From the IMG/VR virus record IMGVR_UViG_2671180890_000008: a stretch of 32,106 nucleotides of DNA; one strand, 5' to 3'. Below, piece after piece: positions 8,780 to 18,961 of the stretch. Position 1 is the first letter of the stretch. Each line of letters opens with the position of its first letter. A program made the translations under genes and the position numbers. The stretch is from a virus. Its lineage: Duplodnaviria > Heunggongvirae > Uroviricota > Caudoviricetes. Below the pieces are notes generated by a model. It had not been told where the DNA came from. It was given only the letters and a program-made list of their open reading frames with translations, and ran no database searches.

Positions 8780-8968
8780 TTACGCAAATGATTGGATGAT
8801 CGCGATTACCGACCGTACATTGCGCAAATAACGTTCTGCGTCGATGCTATTAAGATGCCCCGACCACACCGTACGACGGACGCCGTAGTGATCCGAGCTT
8901 AAGAATAGATAATCTTTTCTCTCCTGATTCACCGTTCGCAGTGCGTTTTCCATAGCTGTCGCAAGCAC
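8780..8968 (-). CDS. Short hypothetical ORF (62 aa in the track) downstream of G; possibly a gene remnant
   Basis: Open frame only; no convincing ribosome-binding site; sits next to an inverted repeat (8984-9023). Confidence 0.2.
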   Translation of the reverse strand: MLATAMENALRTVNQERKDYLFLSSDHYGVRRTVWSGHLNSIDAERYLRNVRSVIAIIQSFA

Positions 8969-9058
8969 AATACTTCCGCTACAGGCACAGAGCGGACTGT
9001 CAGATTAGGTTTTACTCTGTGCCATAGATGAGTAATCTCATACCAGAGCTAATACGAT

Positions 9059-9637
9059 TTATTGCGGCATTTCTGGCCATTCTATATCCGGAGCATCTTC
9101 CGGCTGAACGCGATTCAGTAGCACACGGTATTTTTTCCAGTGTGTCAGGCTTAACTTTTCTTCCTCGGTAGCCATATCTAAATCGACAGCATCCTGCAGC
9201 GTGGCAATAATTTCACCTGCATATGCAATCAGCTCTTTCTTCTGAGAGTCAGCCGCTCTGACAAGCGCATCACGCTCTGCATTCTCATCATTCACCCACG
9301 CATTTCCGTTCCATTTCTGATAATCCCCATCCGGGGAAATGGCTGTCACGTCTGGAGGTAATACGCCAAGTTCAGAAATATAAATGGCTACTCCCGTTTT
9401 CGTTTCATAGACGGTCTTTCCGCGATGGTCTTCCATCAGTTCCCATTTCATTTCATCTGCATTGAAAACGGCTGCATAACCAGCAGGAATATCAGGTGGT
9501 GCAATATCTGTACTGTTTGCAGGCAGACCTGTATGCGGCGGAATATATGCATCACTTTCGCCAATAAACTCATTGGTTCCATCAAGTAAATTGAAAACGC
9601 GGATAGTTTGTGCTTCTGCACTCATTCTGAAAGCCAT
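9059..9637 (-). CDS. G: Tail fiber assembly chaperone (lambda Tfa-like), 192 aa
   Basis: N-terminus '[54 protein letters not shown]' and C-terminus '[11 protein letters not shown]...[10 protein letters not shown]' closely resemble lambda Tfa and P2 gpG as remembered; start overlaps the H stop. Confidence 0.85.
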   Translation of the reverse strand: MAFRMSAEAQTIRVFNLLDGTNEFIGESDAYIPPHTGLPANSTDIAPPDIPAGYAAVFNADEMKWELMEDHRGKTVYETKTGVAIYISELGVLPPDVTAISPDGDYQKWNGNAWVNDENAERDALVRAADSQKKELIAYAGEIIATLQDAVDLDMATEEEKLSLTHWKKYRVLLNRVQPEDAPDIEWPEMPQ

Positions 9638-12255
9638 TATGCAAGCCTCACAATATAGTTAAATGCGATGTTTTTGACGGTGTTTTCGGTATTACCAGTA
9701 GCATTTACGGTAATGGAATGCCCGTGTGAGCCAATAGCAACAGTGTGTGAATGTGCACCAATACCAACAGTATGGTTATGTGCTCCAATGTCGACTGTAT
9801 GTGCATGATTGCCTGATGAACTTGTAGTCGTAGCACCTTTATCACTTCGCGGAACACCATAATCAGCACCGCCTGATTGCACGCTCACAGCAAAACCGAC
9901 GGTATGTGTATGATTGCCAGAAGTATTGGTTGATTTTGTGCCGTGGTTAAACGTACTGACTGTTTTTGTCCCGTAATCAAATGAACTGGTCGTTTTCGTT
10001 CCTAAGTCCGTATTTGACGCACTGGCGCTGTGAGTATGCGATTTAATCCCGTCCTGTTCCTGTGACAATACGGCACGCCCACTGGCGGGTTTGCCCTTGA
10101 TTGTCCAGCCGCGCATATCAGGAATAACACCAGAAGGATAGGCAATAGCCAGTTTCGGATATGCAGCCTTATCAAACGTCTGCCCCTGCATGATCGCATA
10201 GCCTGCAGGTGGTGTATCTGATGGCCACGGCAGCGGAACACCTGGCGGAAACGCTTCAATATTTGCCGAGCCGTCAAATTTTACGCCGTTAATTGTCCTT
10301 GGCGTTTTCAGCTTTGTAGCTGTAGCCGCATTGCCGGACAGTTCGCCTGAAATACCGGCGCTGAAGGTTTGTTTCGCCGCCCATGTCTGAGCTTCGTCGA
10401 TAATTGGCACACGTCTTGTCGTGATCGTGCGGCTTCCCGGATTTCCTGAAATACGCACCATAAAAAAGCGGTAATTCGCTTTACTTACAGTGCTGCGCCA
10501 TACATGCATTGAGCGCCCCGTACCGGAATCATCACTCGGACCAACTGCGATGTTTATCAGGTTGCCATCAATGACGCCCCAGTCCATACCGTCGGGAATG
10601 TTGGTCATGTTATCAAGCCGAACGGTTGTCAGGCTGCCCGGCACAAAGTCGTGGGTCTGCCAGTCCAGGCTGGTGAGCTTTGCCACTGCACCGCCGATAC
10701 CCAGATTCAGGGGAAGTGAATACGAGGTGTAGACTTCCCGCCATTCGCTCCACGAGCTGCCGGTATAGACGCGCTCAAACGTGCGACCTTTAAGGGTTGC
10801 ACCTGTTCCGGCAGTTGTATAACGCTGCCATACGTTAACACCATCAAAGCGCCTCAACACTTCCAGAATACCGAGGACTGTCACGCCGTTTCCGTCCAGT
10901 ATTGGGCCGTTGGTCGCTTTACCTGTAACGCTGTAAATACCTGGTGAAGTCACATCATTCAAATCCCCGTCGTAATAACGACTCTCTGACTGATGACCGA
11001 CTCTTAACCACGGTTCCCACTGCGGATTTGATGCATCCCAGCTTGCCGCAAGGCAGCGGACATACATATTTCCACGGCGAGTGGTATAACGTTGCGTTCT
11101 TCCATAATTCCCGCCTTCGAGGATCTCAAGCGTCCCCTGAGCAAAGCCGCCTTCCTCTGGATAATTGCGTTCATATGAAGCTATAGCCGAGCTACTGTTA
11201 CGCCATAAACCAAGATGTTCGGCGGCTCCAAGCGTATTCAGGTCTATAGTCGTACTCAAAGGGCGGGTAGCTGATTGAGTGTGACGCCATACGCCCCATG
11301 GACCATCAGTACCATTCCACTTATTGGCGAGTTTACGCATGTATACATTGCCGTCTCTCGTGATAAAGCGTTGCATGCCTGCAAAATTGCCGGCAGCAAA
11401 AACCTCAAGCACACCGACAGCATTATCTTCCGGGAAATTTTTCTCCAGTGTTGCGTTAGTTGAGGTAGCTTTAGACCAGATCCCCAGATAAGCCTTAACG
11501 GGACCAAATGTATTCAGATCAGCATCAACCGGCATTTCGCCGTTGTTTTTCATAAACGTCAGGCTGGTAACGCCAACATTGTCCAGAAAAGCTGATTTAT
11601 CCTGGATATCTGCACCATTCTGATTTTTCGCCAGACGTGAATTTGCGTTGTCATTTGCTGCCTTGACCGCTTTTGGCGTTGCCGCCAATGACTCACTGGT
11701 GCTGTTTGTTGCACTGCTTAACTGAGTAAAACCTTTTTCTGTCAGCGTGGCGTCAGGATGGCGGCGGGACTGCTCATGCTCTGCGATTTTGTCATCGACG
11801 TAATCCTGCGTCGCCATCACTGTGCTGGCATCAATACTCAGCTCAACGGACGCCACGTTGCTGAGAATAATAACCATGCGGCAGGTCTGCGCACGTCCGG
11901 AGCCTTCAGCCAGTTCTGGCTTATAGCTTTCTGCCATGTTGGATACCGCAATCAGTGTTCCGGCATCGTCATACAGACCAAGCTCACGCATCCAGAAGCC
12001 GCCCACATCTGGCGGAACAACCAGTTCAGCCACGATATAGTTTTTATTCTTGTTATCCACACTGACTTTATTCAGGGCATGACGCCAGACTTCATGCACC
12101 AGTTTCGTCTGACCGGCATCCGGCACCGGCAATTGGCCATTACCGTCACCCACAGCCATTGCAGACAGGTTTACTTTTTTCCCGCCGGGAACAGTGGCGG
12201 CTGCCAGCTTCGCGGCTCCGGCAGTAGTGATAACGGTTTTAAATTTCGTGCTCAT
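9637..12255 (-). CDS. H: Tail fiber protein H, 872 aa, mosaic C-terminal receptor-binding region
   Basis: P2 gpH-like N-terminus ([20 protein letters not shown]...); three internal ~80-90-aa repeats (residues ~242-510); a tail-collar-like motif ([31 protein letters not shown]); six His-x-His motifs in residues ~738-848. Confidence 0.85.
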   Translation of the reverse strand: MSTKFKTVITTAGAAKLAAATVPGGKKVNLSAMAVGDGNGQLPVPDAGQTKLVHEVWRHALNKVSVDNKNKNYIVAELVVPPDVGGFWMRELGLYDDAGTLIAVSNMAESYKPELAEGSGRAQTCRMVIILSNVASVELSIDASTVMATQDYVDDKIAEHEQSRRHPDATLTEKGFTQLSSATNSTSESLAATPKAVKAANDNANSRLAKNQNGADIQDKSAFLDNVGVTSLTFMKNNGEMPVDADLNTFGPVKAYLGIWSKATSTNATLEKNFPEDNAVGVLEVFAAGNFAGMQRFITRDGNVYMRKLANKWNGTDGPWGVWRHTQSATRPLSTTIDLNTLGAAEHLGLWRNSSSAIASYERNYPEEGGFAQGTLEILEGGNYGRTQRYTTRRGNMYVRCLAASWDASNPQWEPWLRVGHQSESRYYDGDLNDVTSPGIYSVTGKATNGPILDGNGVTVLGILEVLRRFDGVNVWQRYTTAGTGATLKGRTFERVYTGSSWSEWREVYTSYSLPLNLGIGGAVAKLTSLDWQTHDFVPGSLTTVRLDNMTNIPDGMDWGVIDGNLINIAVGPSDDSGTGRSMHVWRSTVSKANYRFFMVRISGNPGSRTITTRRVPIIDEAQTWAAKQTFSAGISGELSGNAATATKLKTPRTINGVKFDGSANIEAFPPGVPLPWPSDTPPAGYAIMQGQTFDKAAYPKLAIAYPSGVIPDMRGWTIKGKPASGRAVLSQEQDGIKSHTHSASASNTDLGTKTTSSFDYGTKTVSTFNHGTKSTNTSGNHTHTVGFAVSVQSGGADYGVPRSDKGATTTSSSGNHAHTVDIGAHNHTVGIGAHSHTVAIGSHGHSITVNATGNTENTVKNIAFNYIVRLA

Positions 12256-12265
12256 TGTTTCTCAC

Positions 12266-12796
12266 TTATCCGGGATAAACAGTAATAACATCACCATCAC
12301 AGACCACACCGCCTGTATACAGATAGCCGGGAATGTCCTGGATAATGTTCAGACCGATAAGGTGGCGACTTGCGGGTTTGGCATCGGCAATAAGCCGTTC
12401 CATTTCCAGATACATCTCCTCCGTGATGCCGCTTTCCAGCACACCGATATCAAGGCGAAAGGTTCCGGGCGGGTCGTTTGTCTCCCACCATTCCTTTACG
12501 TTAATGAGATAGCCGAGCGGCTCCACCACACGCCGGATTGCGCCTATAGTGCCCTTATGGCAGTGAATGAAATAGGCATCGCGGATAACGGCGCGTTTTG
12601 TCGCTTCCGGCCACTTTTCATCCCACCTGTCGACCGAAAACGCCCACGCCAGCCACGGCAGCAGATTTGCCGGACAGGTGTCCGGGTTCCACAGCTCACG
12701 AATACTGACCGGCGTTTTTTCAATTTCCGCACAGGCTTTTGCGGCAGCGACTTCAAGCGGTGATGAGCCGGTCGGCAGCAGTCGCGAATCACTCAT
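12266..12796 (-). CDS. I: Baseplate protein I, 176 aa
   Basis: 176 aa, position and length as P2 gpI. Confidence 0.85.
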   Translation of the reverse strand: MSDSRLLPTGSSPLEVAAAKACAEIEKTPVSIRELWNPDTCPANLLPWLAWAFSVDRWDEKWPEATKRAVIRDAYFIHCHKGTIGAIRRVVEPLGYLINVKEWWETNDPPGTFRLDIGVLESGITEEMYLEMERLIADAKPASRHLIGLNIIQDIPGYLYTGGVVCDGDVITVYPG

Positions 12797-13697
12797 CCGA
12801 GCCTCCGGTCACGACGCTGTATTCGGTGCAGAAAGACGCCTGCGTACTGTTGAGCACAATGTCGGCCAGTGGTGCGGCCAGCTCGACACGCTGCACGCCT
12901 TCCACATGCAAAGCGGCATAAATGGCAGACAGACGGATGTCGCGCCCCAGCCGGTGCTGTGCCGTGATGTACGCTTCCAGTTTTTTCACGGCAGCAGCGC
13001 GGATGGGTTCGCTTTCGGGACCAGGGTAAAGGTAAAGCGTGGCGTTTATCTGGTATTCAACGATGGCGGCAGACTGCACGGTCACGCGGTCGGCCACCGG
13101 CCTGACGTCCTCACCATTAAGGGCGTTACGCACCACGGCCAGCAGGTCTTCGGATGCAACACCGTTATTTTCACGTGACAGCACAGAGATGGTGACGCAG
13201 GCCGGAGACGGACTGGTGACAGAGATATCCGCGACGCGCCCGTCGGCACTGCGACCATGATACTGATAGGCACCCACCGACCCGGCGACGCTTAAGCCCT
13301 CAAACGCCTGCTGAATACGCAGACGATAATCGGTGTCAGACTCCATCACTGCCGGTGTCGGCGGGATGGTCGAATCATCTGCCGGGGTGATAATCAGGCG
13401 CGTGGTGTTGTAATTGGCACCAATCACATCAAGGTCATTACCGGCGGCACAGGCCAGCATTACCGCCCGTGCGGCCTCATTCACACGCTGACGCCAGATA
13501 AGCTCACGATAAGCATTTTCCTCCAGCAGTTTGACGAGAGGCTCGGATTCCAGCGTCAGGGTACGGGCGACCGCCTCCTGCTGGTCTTCCGGGTAAAGGG
13601 AAATCAGTGTCGCCTTGCGTTCGGCGAGAATGGTTTCAAAGTCCAGCTCCTCGACCACATCCGGTGCGGGTAGCTGGTTCAGGTCGATAATCGGCAT
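12789..13697 (-). CDS. J: Baseplate protein J, 302 aa
   Basis: 302 aa, position and length as P2 gpJ. Confidence 0.85.
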   Translation of the reverse strand: MPIIDLNQLPAPDVVEELDFETILAERKATLISLYPEDQQEAVARTLTLESEPLVKLLEENAYRELIWRQRVNEAARAVMLACAAGNDLDVIGANYNTTRLIITPADDSTIPPTPAVMESDTDYRLRIQQAFEGLSVAGSVGAYQYHGRSADGRVADISVTSPSPACVTISVLSRENNGVASEDLLAVVRNALNGEDVRPVADRVTVQSAAIVEYQINATLYLYPGPESEPIRAAAVKKLEAYITAQHRLGRDIRLSAIYAALHVEGVQRVELAAPLADIVLNSTQASFCTEYSVVTGGSDE

Positions 13698-13701
13698 GGT
13701 T

Positions 13702-14049
13702 TCAACTCACAGGGATGGTTAACGAAAGTGGCTGGCCGGTGTCGTTGTGCTGGCCGGTTAACGTGACCGTCATTCGCCCGTCAAAGCTGCGCGCCGTGGT
13801 GACGGATGACAGGGTGACGCGGGGTTCCCATTTCAGCACCGCCATGTAACAGGCGACCTTAATCTGCAACTCAAGCGCCGGGGTCTGCGGCTGGTCAATC
13901 ATTGACGCCAGCAACGAGCCGTAATCACGACGCATCACCCGTGAGCCGACCGGTGTGCGCAGGATATCGCCGATACTCTGGCTGATATGCTCAAGGTCAG
14001 TGACAGTCAGGCCATCACTGCGATTCATTCCGAGATAACGCGCTGTCAT
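13702..14049 (-). CDS. W: Baseplate protein W, 115 aa
   Basis: 115 aa, position and length as P2 gpW. Confidence 0.85.
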   Translation of the reverse strand: MTARYLGMNRSDGLTVTDLEHISQSIGDILRTPVGSRVMRRDYGSLLASMIDQPQTPALELQIKVACYMAVLKWEPRVTLSSVTTARSFDGRMTVTLTGQHNDTGQPLSLTIPVS

Positions 14050-14681
14050 AAAGGACTCCCGGTTGTGCCGCCGCTGTCGCCGGGGTGTTTATGGGTATGC
14101 AGTACCTTACCGTTTGATGAGAGTTCACCGCCGGTGTGTTCAATGTTGCCGCGCATCGTCCCGCCCTTCTGCACTTCCAGCGTGCCGGTGATCAGCTTGT
14201 TTGTGCAGACCACCTCCGGCGTGTCCAGAGTGATGCGGGTTGATGCTTTCACCATGACCACCGGCACCGTGGCAGTAACAGAATCAGAAGCCGTCACGCT
14301 GGCCGTTTTAATTCCGCTTACCGTAAGCGCACTGGTTTCGGGTTCATACTCAATCACCGCCCCGTCAGGGAAACGGATATGCAGGGCATCAGCCGACGCA
14401 GACGGCGCGGGGTTATCGCCGGAATAAATCCCCGGCAGAACGAACGCCGTGTCGAGTTCACCGCCCACGGCCAGAATCAGCACCTGTTCCCCCTCGGAAG
14501 GTGCCCACCACGTGCGCGAACGTCCGGCGCGATGGGTCAGCCACTGAAGCCAGTCGGTGCACATGCCGCCGGTCTGCACACGGCAGCGACCGGCGTTAAG
14601 GTCGGTTTCGACGATAATGCCGGTGCGGATCATGTTGCGCAGTGCGCGCGCGAGTTCCTGAATATTTGCGAGAGTGTTCAT
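14046..14681 (-). CDS. V: Baseplate spike protein V, 211 aa
   Basis: 211 aa, position and length as P2 gpV. Confidence 0.85.
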   Translation of the reverse strand: MNTLANIQELARALRNMIRTGIIVETDLNAGRCRVQTGGMCTDWLQWLTHRAGRSRTWWAPSEGEQVLILAVGGELDTAFVLPGIYSGDNPAPSASADALHIRFPDGAVIEYEPETSALTVSGIKTASVTASDSVTATVPVVMVKASTRITLDTPEVVCTNKLITGTLEVQKGGTMRGNIEHTGGELSSNGKVLHTHKHPGDSGGTTGSPL

Positions 14682-14747
14682 AACGGGAAGGATGCCGCCG
14701 GGTCATACCGGCGGCAATGTGACGATGAGGTGTCGGGAATGGCACAA

Positions 14748-15200
14748 CTAACGGTCGAGGTGAGCCAGGATAATCTCTTCAATCATCTGCACATCCTCAC
14801 CGGTAAAGCCGAGCAGAGGACGCGCCGGATAATCAATTTTCTTACCGTCTTTCCGGTTTTCTTCCGACAGACCGAACTGATGCACGCTGGCAATTTTCGG
14901 TGACTTCCCGCCGTAAAACTCCATTGATGCCTGTTCCGGGCTGGCGCGGATATGCAAAAAACGACTGGTGATAAGTTTCGCAAACATTTTTCGCTTAACG
15001 CGACCGGTCTTTTTTCTGGCGCTCTGCTGCTGGCGTGGTGCGTAGGGTGTGCCGTCCGGGGCTTTCTGTGCCATCACCCGGCGCTGCTGACTCTGCCGCA
15101 GACGTTTCGCCAGTTCGGCACTCAGTCGCCGACGCCCTGACGGTGACAGCGACTCAATAAGTCCGGTCAGCCGGTCTTCAAAACGCTTAAACTCATTCAT
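14748..15200 (-). CDS. S: Tail completion protein S, 150 aa
   Basis: 150 aa, position and length as P2 gpS. Confidence 0.85.
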   Translation of the reverse strand: MNEFKRFEDRLTGLIESLSPSGRRRLSAELAKRLRQSQQRRVMAQKAPDGTPYAPRQQQSARKKTGRVKRKMFAKLITSRFLHIRASPEQASMEFYGGKSPKIASVHQFGLSEENRKDGKKIDYPARPLLGFTGEDVQMIEEIILAHLDR

Positions 15201-15660
15201 CCCACTTGCTCACCAGTTCGCCATTGATATAAAGCTCCATCGGGCGGGTGACCGGCTCCGGCGGCGGGGGTTCCGGGATATTCTTCACATGCAGCGCGCC
15301 GTCCACCTCACTGACCAGCGTGCGCTCGGTCAGCATCAGGCTGATGCTGATATCAAAGCTGCTGTCATTGTTGATGTCTGCATAAAACGTGAAGCCCTTT
15401 TTCTGGCCTGCGTCGGTGGTCATGATGTCGGGCTGATTTTCCCGCAGCCACGCCAGCACCGGCACGATGAGCAGGTCAAAATCACCGGTAAAGTCGGTCA
15501 CAATCACATTGAGCGTGTAACGCTTTTCGAATGACAACGACGTCGCCAGTGTGGAGGCAATACTCCCGTTATCCACGAATATCCGCAGCATCTCGGGACT
15601 GGTTTTCAGCACCGTGACGGCATCAGTCAGCGCCCTGCGCAGGCTGTCGGGTTTGAGCAT
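15193..15660 (-). CDS. R: Tail completion protein R, 155 aa
   Basis: 155 aa, position and length as P2 gpR. Confidence 0.85.
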   Translation of the reverse strand: MLKPDSLRRALTDAVTVLKTSPEMLRIFVDNGSIASTLATSLSFEKRYTLNVIVTDFTGDFDLLIVPVLAWLRENQPDIMTTDAGQKKGFTFYADINNDSSFDISISLMLTERTLVSEVDGALHVKNIPEPPPPEPVTRPMELYINGELVSKWDE

Positions 15661-15913
15661 CGTTTTCGTCCTGACAGTGTTTAATCATTTTTACCTGGCT
15701 GGCACAGCGTGCCAGCGCGTTCTCAAGCTGCCGGATATCGGCACTTAAATCGCCGTTCGTCTCCGGGTCACTGCCCGGCATCGGGCAAAGGCTCACTTTC
15801 GGGCAGGCGTTGTGGACAATCACTGGCGTCGGTGCAGGCCGGACGCTGGTGCAACCGGCGCACAGCATCAGGCAGGCCAGCGCCGTACCAGCGGCGAAAA
15901 TCTTCGTTTTCAT
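15623..15913 (-). CDS. lysC: LysC, outer-membrane lipoprotein spanin (Rz1-like), 96 aa
   Basis: Signal peptide with lipobox 'LCAGC', Pro-rich; starts inside the lysB 3' end in another frame and runs into R. Confidence 0.7.
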   Translation of the reverse strand: MKTKIFAAGTALACLMLCAGCTSVRPAPTPVIVHNACPKVSLCPMPGSDPETNGDLSADIRQLENALARCASQVKMIKHCQDENDAQTRQPAQGAD

Positions 15914-16193
15914 TCAGTAACCTCGTGATGGTTTTCTCGCGCTGTGCTTCACGCTTCGCGGCGTTTTCCAGCGCCTGACGCAGTGCCACCTGCGCCAGCT
16001 CGTTTTTGTCTGCCCTGGTGAGGGCAACATGAAGCTGATTTTTCAGCATGGTGATGGTCGTCTGCTGTTCACTGGCGACGCTGTTCGCCCTGTCCAGCGA
16101 GGCGCGCAGGCTGGCATTTTTGTGTTTCACCAGAAACAGACCGGCCACCGCCAGCGATAACAACACGACCAGCACAATCATCAGCTTTGACAT
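15768..16193 (-). CDS. lysB: LysB, inner-membrane spanin (Rz-like), 141 aa
   Basis: N-terminal transmembrane segment followed by a charged coiled-coil region; P2 LysB length. Confidence 0.8.
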   Translation of the reverse strand: MSKLMIVLVVLLSLAVAGLFLVKHKNASLRASLDRANSVASEQQTTITMLKNQLHVALTRADKNELAQVALRQALENAAKREAQREKTITRLLNENEDFRRWYGAGLPDAVRRLHQRPACTDASDCPQRLPESEPLPDAGQ

Positions 16194-16606
16194 AGTTCCC
16201 GCCCCTCAAGACGCTGACGACAGGCTTTACGTATCAGCCGGAAAAACAGCGACGCCACAAGATAAATCAGCGCGGTAAAAATCCACCCGGCAGCGACCAG
16301 CGAGATAAACGTCGCCACCATCACTACCAGAGCCGCCGCCCGTGCGCGCCACGGCACCGGCTGCAAAAACAGCGACGCGACAATCTTCACGGCCAGCGAT
16401 TCCGGCGGCAGCTCCCGCCCGTAGCGTTCCAGCACATACTCCGTGGCATACACGCCGAAACCACCGGCAACCACACAGATAACCGTCGCCAGAATCGCCC
16501 AGGCGGCGACAAAATTGACGGCCACGCTCTGCGGGTAAATCAGGGACAGTGCCAGCATCAGCGCCAGCGACACGTTCCGCATCAGTGAAAGGGATAATTT
16601 CTTCAT
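16181..16606 (-). CDS. lysA: LysA, lysis timing membrane protein, 141 aa
   Basis: Several hydrophobic transmembrane segments; P2 LysA length and position. Confidence 0.8.
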   Translation of the reverse strand: MKKLSLSLMRNVSLALMLALSLIYPQSVAVNFVAAWAILATVICVVAGGFGVYATEYVLERYGRELPPESLAVKIVASLFLQPVPWRARAAALVVMVATFISLVAAGWIFTALIYLVASLFFRLIRKACRQRLEGRELCQS

Positions 16607-16620
16607 GGTGTTTACTCCGT

Positions 16621-17118
16621 TTAAGCCGGTACGCCGCCAGCGGTACGCCAGACGGTGACCAGTTTTTCCAGTGAATGCTCACGCTGACCGTAACCGGCAC
16701 CCGGCAGGGACGCCCAGATATTGCGACAGCGTGAAATGGCGCGCTCAATGCGTCCCGCCCGGATGTCATCCAGCGCACCGCGTTCGCGGATCAACTGAAT
16801 GGCGAGTCTGTCCTGTGACAACGGACTGAAATCCGGCAGGGCAAGCTGTTTGCGGTAATGCGGCCAGAACAGGTAAAGCTGCTGATAGCGACCGGAGGCC
16901 GTGGATTTTTCACCGCGACGGTTAAACACCTTCGCCGGTCGGCCATGTGCGAACGGGTGGTCACTGTAGTCGGTGAAAATTTCCGGCTTTCCGTCCAGTC
17001 CGGTGACTATCACGTCATAGCCCCGGTTTTTCGTCAGCGGATGATTCGCCGTCCCTTCGGACACGGCCAGCATGTCGAGAAAGGCGGCGATATTCTGGTG
17101 CGTGTTAATTACCGGCAT
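16621..17118 (-). CDS. K: Endolysin K (lysozyme), 165 aa
   Basis: 165 aa between the holin and lysA; P2 gpK length. Confidence 0.85.
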   Translation of the reverse strand: MPVINTHQNIAAFLDMLAVSEGTANHPLTKNRGYDVIVTGLDGKPEIFTDYSDHPFAHGRPAKVFNRRGEKSTASGRYQQLYLFWPHYRKQLALPDFSPLSQDRLAIQLIRERGALDDIRAGRIERAISRCRNIWASLPGAGYGQREHSLEKLVTVWRTAGGVPA

Positions 17119-17399
17119 TACGGTTTCCCCCTGCCCTTAAAGCGGCGCTGAATGGCAATCTCAATCACCTGATAACCGGCGATACCCAGCATGGAGCCGA
17201 TGCCGCACACCGCAGGCAGTGACAGGTCAGGAAACTGCACCAGAACAACACCGGCAACCATCGAGACAAAACCACCGAGCAACATGCGCCCGATAAACAG
17301 ACGCGGGGTGATGGGTTCACCACCGGCAAGCACCTTGCCGACAACAATCAGCACTCCAATCATGAAAAGCGACAGGACGCTTTTTTCTTCTGCTGTCAT
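17118..17399 (-). CDS. Y: Holin Y, 93 aa
   Basis: 93 aa with hydrophobic transmembrane segments, directly upstream of the endolysin. Confidence 0.85.
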   Translation of the reverse strand: MTAEEKSVLSLFMIGVLIVVGKVLAGGEPITPRLFIGRMLLGGFVSMVAGVVLVQFPDLSLPAVCGIGSMLGIAGYQVIEIAIQRRFKGRGKP

Positions 17400-17402
17400 G
17401 CG

Positions 17403-17606
17403 TTACTCCCACAGATTGACAGTTTCAGCCACGGGCGCGGTCTGAACGTCGGGCAGTTCGACGGCGGTGCCATGTGGCAGCACCGCACCCAGTTCAGCCA
17501 GTCCCGGATTTGCGGCGAGCACGGCTTCGACCACGCCCTCAGTGCGCCCGTAATACCGGACACAAATGGCGTCGAGCGTGTCGCCCTGTAGCGCAAAGGT
17601 CTTCAT
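17403..17606 (-). CDS. X: Tail protein X, 67 aa
   Basis: Start at the internal Met (MKTFALQGDTLDAICVRYYG...), giving the P2 gpX length of 67 aa; start codon overlaps the L stop. Confidence 0.8.
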   Translation of the reverse strand: MKTFALQGDTLDAICVRYYGRTEGVVEAVLAANPGLAELGAVLPHGTAVELPDVQTAPVAETVNLWE

Positions 17607-18115
17607 CAGATTTGACTCACGATGCAGCGCGGCTTGTCCTGGATACGCGCCACCGCCCAGCGCATATCCCGCCACAGCTCATCAATGGTGCTGTCAATGC
17701 TGTCGGCCTTCTTGTCTCCTTTCGCACTGGCATCCACGCCGCGATAACGCTCATAAAGCGACGCGGTCGCCATCGCACACACGGCGCGCTCGTAGTAAAA
17801 AACTTTGATGCTTTCACCGTCGATATCGTCCGCCGGGACGTCAGCCAGACGCGTAAAACCGGCGGCAATTTTCTGTTCGCGGTACTCGTACAGCTCCGCA
17901 TTCGTCTCCGCCATGCCTGACTTGATGGCCTCTCGCAGACGGGCGGGGGCGACGGTCTGCTCAAGGCGCATACGTTCCCGGACGCGCTTCGGGTCGATAT
18001 CGGGAAAAAAGAACGTGTTTTTAATCACCGGCTCGTCGCCTGCCGGTTGCGGGATGACCACCGTACCCTCACCGGACACGGGAGCCTCCTTTCGCGGAAT
18101 AATCAGCGTCATCAT
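17606..18115 (-). CDS. L: Capsid completion protein L, 169 aa
   Basis: Start at the internal Met (MMTLIIPRKEAP...), giving 169 aa as in P2 gpL. Confidence 0.8.
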   Translation of the reverse strand: MMTLIIPRKEAPVSGEGTVVIPQPAGDEPVIKNTFFFPDIDPKRVRERMRLEQTVAPARLREAIKSGMAETNAELYEYREQKIAAGFTRLADVPADDIDGESIKVFYYERAVCAMATASLYERYRGVDASAKGDKKADSIDSTIDELWRDMRWAVARIQDKPRCIVSQI

Positions 18116-18214
18116 GACTACCTCTGAAAAGTCGGGCGGTGGACGCCGGTGCAGTGTCAGGTGATTCACCCTCACTGACCGGCGTGCCGCCCTGGCGCGG
18201 GGCGCATTCGGTTG

Positions 18215-18958
18215 TTAACTGGCTTTCTTTTTCGGGCGTCCACGTTTTGCCGGTGTCACGCTCCGGGTCTTACGCGGGGCGCGGGTGGCCGCTTTGGGCT
18301 GCGACTCCGGCTTCGGTTTCAGCTCCCGCTCCAGTCGTTCAATCTCTTTTTTGACGCCTGCCTGACAGTCGAGCTGTGTCGCACGTTGCAGGTGAGCCAG
18401 CGCACCGGCGGCATCACCAGCGTCACGCAGAAACAGACCGGTGATTTTGTGCAGCTTTGCGCGCACTTCATCAGGCATGTCAGCCGTGGCGGTCAGTTCG
18501 AGGGTGTCCGTCAGCAGGCGGGTATCCACAGACTCACCGGCAGCGTGGGCGCGCATGGCCGCAAGTGCCACCTCCTCGGTGAACATGTACGGCGGGGTGC
18601 GGCGGTGTTTACCCGGCATGGTCAGACCGTATTTCAGGGCATAACGGGCAATCTCCAGCGCACCGGCAATATCGCCGGTATCCAGACGCCACAGCATGAC
18701 CGTCATCAGAATGTCATCCTGTGCACCTTTGCCCTGCTCCAGCACACCGTTCACCCACGGCAACCAGAACGGCAGCAGCTCGCGCTTTTTCGCGGCCTTA
18801 AGCTCTTTTGAATAAATCGCTTTCAGTGTGCGCTGGTCTGCGGCCAGCTTGACCAGCATCTGCTCATAGACAGTTGCATGTCGCAGCGGGGCGGCTTCCC
18901 GCTGCGCGGTCATCGCTGCCGAGACCCGCATCATGTGGCGCTGTGCGGGACTCGTCAT
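18215..18958 (-). CDS. M: Terminase small (endonuclease) subunit M, 247 aa
   Basis: 247 aa, basic Lys/Arg-rich C-terminus; P2 gpM length and position. Confidence 0.85.
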   Translation of the reverse strand: MTSPAQRHMMRVSAAMTAQREAAPLRHATVYEQMLVKLAADQRTLKAIYSKELKAAKKRELLPFWLPWVNGVLEQGKGAQDDILMTVMLWRLDTGDIAGALEIARYALKYGLTMPGKHRRTPPYMFTEEVALAAMRAHAAGESVDTRLLTDTLELTATADMPDEVRAKLHKITGLFLRDAGDAAGALAHLQRATQLDCQAGVKKEIERLERELKPKPESQPKAATRAPRKTRSVTPAKRGRPKKKAS

Positions 18959-18961
18959 CGG

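Noticed and set aside
8727-8831. 34-aa plus-strand mini-ORF (MTRRLFPMQDG...)
   Set aside because: No Shine-Dalgarno site and no recognisable motif; kept only as part of the unexplained-region finding.
16227-16778. 183-aa minus-strand ORF overlapping lysA and K
   Set aside because: Alternative frame across two well-supported lysis genes; Arg/Gly/Ala-rich spurious translation.
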